The translations under genes and the position numbers were made by a program. From Paraspadella gotoi (lineage: Eukaryota; Animalia; Chaetognatha): a stretch of DNA of 64,000 bases. Shown in pieces: positions 61,079 through 64,000 of this stretch. Numbering within the stretch: position 1 is the first letter of the stretch; each line of letters opens with the position of its first letter. The notes beneath the pieces were generated by a model. That model saw only the letters and a list, made by a program, of their open reading frames with translations, made no database searches and was not told the origin of the DNA. The stretch spans positions 20,037,657 to 20,101,656 of the forward strand of contig CM119266.1 of the NCBI GenBank assembly GCA_051294375.1, in the 5' to 3' direction.

Positions 61079-62581
61079 AAATATAGATTAAAAGAAAAAA
61101 TCGTTTTGTAATTCTGGTATCATAATTCATTTAAATATTTTGTACTTTTCCTCAGCGCCAAATTATTTACTTGTGGATCTGAAGTATTGCTCTTTTTCTG
61201 TAGATAATGAGAATCTATCGTTAAAGCTCTTTATGTAAATTTTTAAGGTAACCAAGGCTAATGTGAGCTTTTTTCATAACTTTCCGTCAGATTCTTTCCT
61301 TTCTTAACCCTATTGCCCCTCTTGTGAGCGATTGACACTCATGGAGATAGTACCTGAGGTCCCTAAAAACCATATGTAAAAAAATAGAGATAAAATACTA
61401 AAATACTCTTAACATATTTAGCCTCACATGGTTTAGATCATTTTCTCCTCAGAATTAAACTAACTTAATAAAACTAATCACGTAGGATTATAAAATAAAC
61501 TAATAAACTAATAAAACTAAACTAATAAAATAAACTAATCACGTAAAATAAACGAATTGTGTTGGATGAAATTTTTAAAAGCTCCTTTTGTTTTTTGGAA
61601 AATAAATTTGCATCACTTCTTCTTATTTGATCGTCAAACCAATGAACCATATAGAGTTTTCAGTACCTGCGGTGTCCCCACTTTGGTTTTCGTGATACTT
61701 ATTTCAGCACATAATAACACATAAGTAATTAAATTATTAATGTGACTTATAGGGGGCACTAAATAAGAGCTAAAGCACTGCTGAATCTTTTGTCTCCTTT
61801 TTGCATTATGATTATTATTTACTACATAGTAAACGGCGCCTTCGTACGGAGAAAAAACCACCGGTTCAGCGCATAAAAAAATATGGAATTATCTATTACT
61901 TTTTTTAGTTGTATTGCTTTCAGTAGTTAACGGGTACGGCTAAATTATATTTATGAAAGAATATAAAAAAGTATAATACGCTTTTAATTATATTTTCCTC
62001 CTAAGACTAAATCAATTCAATTCATTTATTAACAATAATCGAAATACCTTGTAAGCTTATTACCTTCGAATGACTAGATCATGCAAATCTTCCTTTTTCT
62101 ATCCTGCAGTGCAGAGACTGTTCGATTCTAAAGACCGGTTTTTAACCGGTTTGAGTTTTTATTCGAGCTCAGAGTTTAAATTCTTGGCTTTTGCACAGTA
62201 TTCGAAATTTAAGGTAGGCATATTTTTTGCGGGAGTTTAAAAAAGGGTCCGAGAACAGTTGATGACACAATACTAAATCCAAACGTGAATATCAAGTTTT
62301 ATTAAGTAACATTTTATATTATTTATCGAATACGATAACTGGCGTTTTTTAAATTATAGTGATATTGATTATATTAGTATAATAAGTCACCTTATTATAT
62401 ATTTTATCTAAAAAAATTTAAATAATTTAATCGTGGCAAAATTTAAAAAATTGAAAAAGCTTTATGGAATTTTTTTAAAAAATACTAAAATGACCAAGCC
62501 CGAAATAAAATCTTTTGTTTTATTTATTGTTTCATGAAATTATTTCAGTCACGCGATTAGCTATTGATCAACATCGAAAAC

Positions 62582-64000
62582 ATGAAGCGGAAAACAGAAC
62601 ATTTTGCAACTTTGTTCCTCTACTTTGTGGCCAATTTTTACCCGTCGATGCAAGAAATTCGATTCGACATCTGCGACGTATCAAAATCGTTTTCCACCGA
62701 CGATCTTGCAAATAGCGGCATCACCCTTTTAATCTCTACAGGGTTAAGAAATAATTTCATCGAGAGCAGGAATCCTCGAGTTCTTTCCCACTGCAAAATT
62801 GTCCTTTCGCTGGACTCTAGCAAAACCACCGAGATCAGCTTTCGGGAACCACCAAATAGAAAATTATTAACTGAATCCACCCGCTATTGCCTAAACTTTG
62901 AATTAGAAAAGGCGGGTGTTCAAGTTCGGACGGAATCGTTGTCTTGTAATACCACCCAGCCATCCAAAAAAATACTGATTTATATCTTGGATACGGAAAA
63001 ATTGACCCTTCGAATTGATGAATCTGTGGCGGTGACGGACAAACTCGACTTCGAGATTTTAATTAAATCGCAGGATTACTCAATCGTTGAGCCGAAATAT
63101 GTGTACGCGACAAACAAATTACTATTCAAATGCGATTACGAAAACAATGATTATCTCTCTCCAAATCTATTTAAGGGAGACATAGATTTGACCGCCAACT
63201 TGGTTAATCGAGAGTACCGTCATTCATTGGCTGGCGATACTCCTAAAAACGCGTCTGGTCGTTATGATTGTACCTGGGGCTCCTCCGCCTCAGATCGTCG
63301 TCCACTTACCTCCTTCTATGCCGTGGTGTACTCCACCCGAGTAATTTGCGAAGTTCAGGAGCGCAATGATGTTTCAAATCTCCTTTTGACCAGAAACGAA
63401 AGTAGAGGCTCTGAAATCCAACTCGTCGTTCCGGAAGGAACGAGTCTTTCGAATTATCGTATGTTGTGTTCGCTCGCCTTCGGCGGGACCGAAGAGTCGT
63501 CAAAAGCAGCCACACTTGATTGGGAACCACCACTCGGCTATAACGGTCCGGAGCAACCCTTTCCTGAGACACATACCTCGAACGCTGACCTCAAATCGCG
63601 CGGACTACTTCACTCGATCACAGTCAACGGTTCCGTTACTTATAAGTGCCAGTTGACGACGAATGTCTCGATTGATGGCGGAAAACCTCAACCCTGTACA
63701 ATTCGTTTTGTCACCGAGAGGGTGCTGGAAGAAGAGGAGCGGTCAAGATCTGCCGGATTGTGGTGGATCACAATCATTGTAGCTATCGTAGTCATTATCA
63801 TCGTCGTTGTAGTTGTGGTGTGCGTTAAGGTACGATCACGGAAATCCAAAGATGGCCGGACGCCGGTCATATCCGAAACTAAGTCAGAGGCAACTTTCGA
63901 CGACGTGTCTATCGACACTCGAGAAGTGGATTTGAACGACAAAGCCAGCGCTGCGGACGACAACCCATCGGTCAGTCCCATTGAAAACATTCCCGATGTT
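62582..64000 (+). CDS. Single-pass type I membrane protein with probable Ig-like ectodomains (3' partial)
   Basis: ORF from ATG 62582 is open to the window end (about 473 codons), so it is not in the ORF track. Weak N-terminal hydrophobic segment, Cys pairs with SGRYDCTW and VTYKCQL, TM WWITIIVAIVVIIIVVVVVVCV at about 63761-63826, then KVRSRKSK. Confidence 0.8.
   Translation, partial: MKRKTEHFATLFLYFVANFYPSMQEIRFDICDVSKSFSTDDLANSGITLLISTGLRNNFIESRNPRVLSHCKIVLSLDSSKTTEISFREPPNRKLLTESTRYCLNFELEKAGVQVRTESLSCNTTQPSKKILIYILDTEKLTLRIDESVAVTDKLDFEILIKSQDYSIVEPKYVYATNKLLFKCDYENNDYLSPNLFKGDIDLTANLVNREYRHSLAGDTPKNASGRYDCTWGSSASDRRPLTSFYAVVYSTRVICEVQERNDVSNLLLTRNESRGSEIQLVVPEGTSLSNYRMLCSLAFGGTEESSKAATLDWEPPLGYNGPEQPFPETHTSNADLKSRGLLHSITVNGSVTYKCQLTTNVSIDGGKPQPCTIRFVTERVLEEEERSRSAGLWWITIIVAIVVIIIVVVVVVCVKVRSRKSKDGRTPVISETKSEATFDDVSIDTREVDLNDKASAADDNPSVSPIENIPDV

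Noticed and set aside
62515-63990. Short ORFs listed in the track at the right end
   Set aside because: They are alternative-frame or antisense shadows of the long plus-strand ORF starting at 62582.

Overview
AT-rich animal (invertebrate) genomic DNA with spliceosomal GT-AG introns; the taxon cannot be fixed from the sequence. Genes supported: GATAD2/p66 (-), a multi-exon protein with an MIF4G-like fragment and a PABP-type RRM (-), a Vreteno-like RRM+Tudor protein (-), a HAD-IIA phosphatase (-), UXS1 (-), UBE2L3-type E2 (-), sFRP1/2/5 (-), a CFAP97-domain protein (+), and an Ig-like single-pass membrane protein (+) that runs off the window and is absent from the ORF track. The non-coding DNA holds many small non-autonomous elements, several with predicted self-cleaving ribozymes. 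The main finding is a 655-bp miniature LTR element at 49655-50309: two identical 234-bp LTRs, GTAC target-site duplication, tRNA-Trp-like PBS and a PPT. Each LTR carries a tRNA-like Pol III head followed by a circularly permuted, P1-less twister-like ribozyme, i.e. a candidate twister-based LTR retrozyme. A second repeat family has the same fold with compensatory changes in P2, T1 and T2. Seven minimal Penelope-type hammerhead motifs also occur. All alignments and folds were done by eye; no searches were run.
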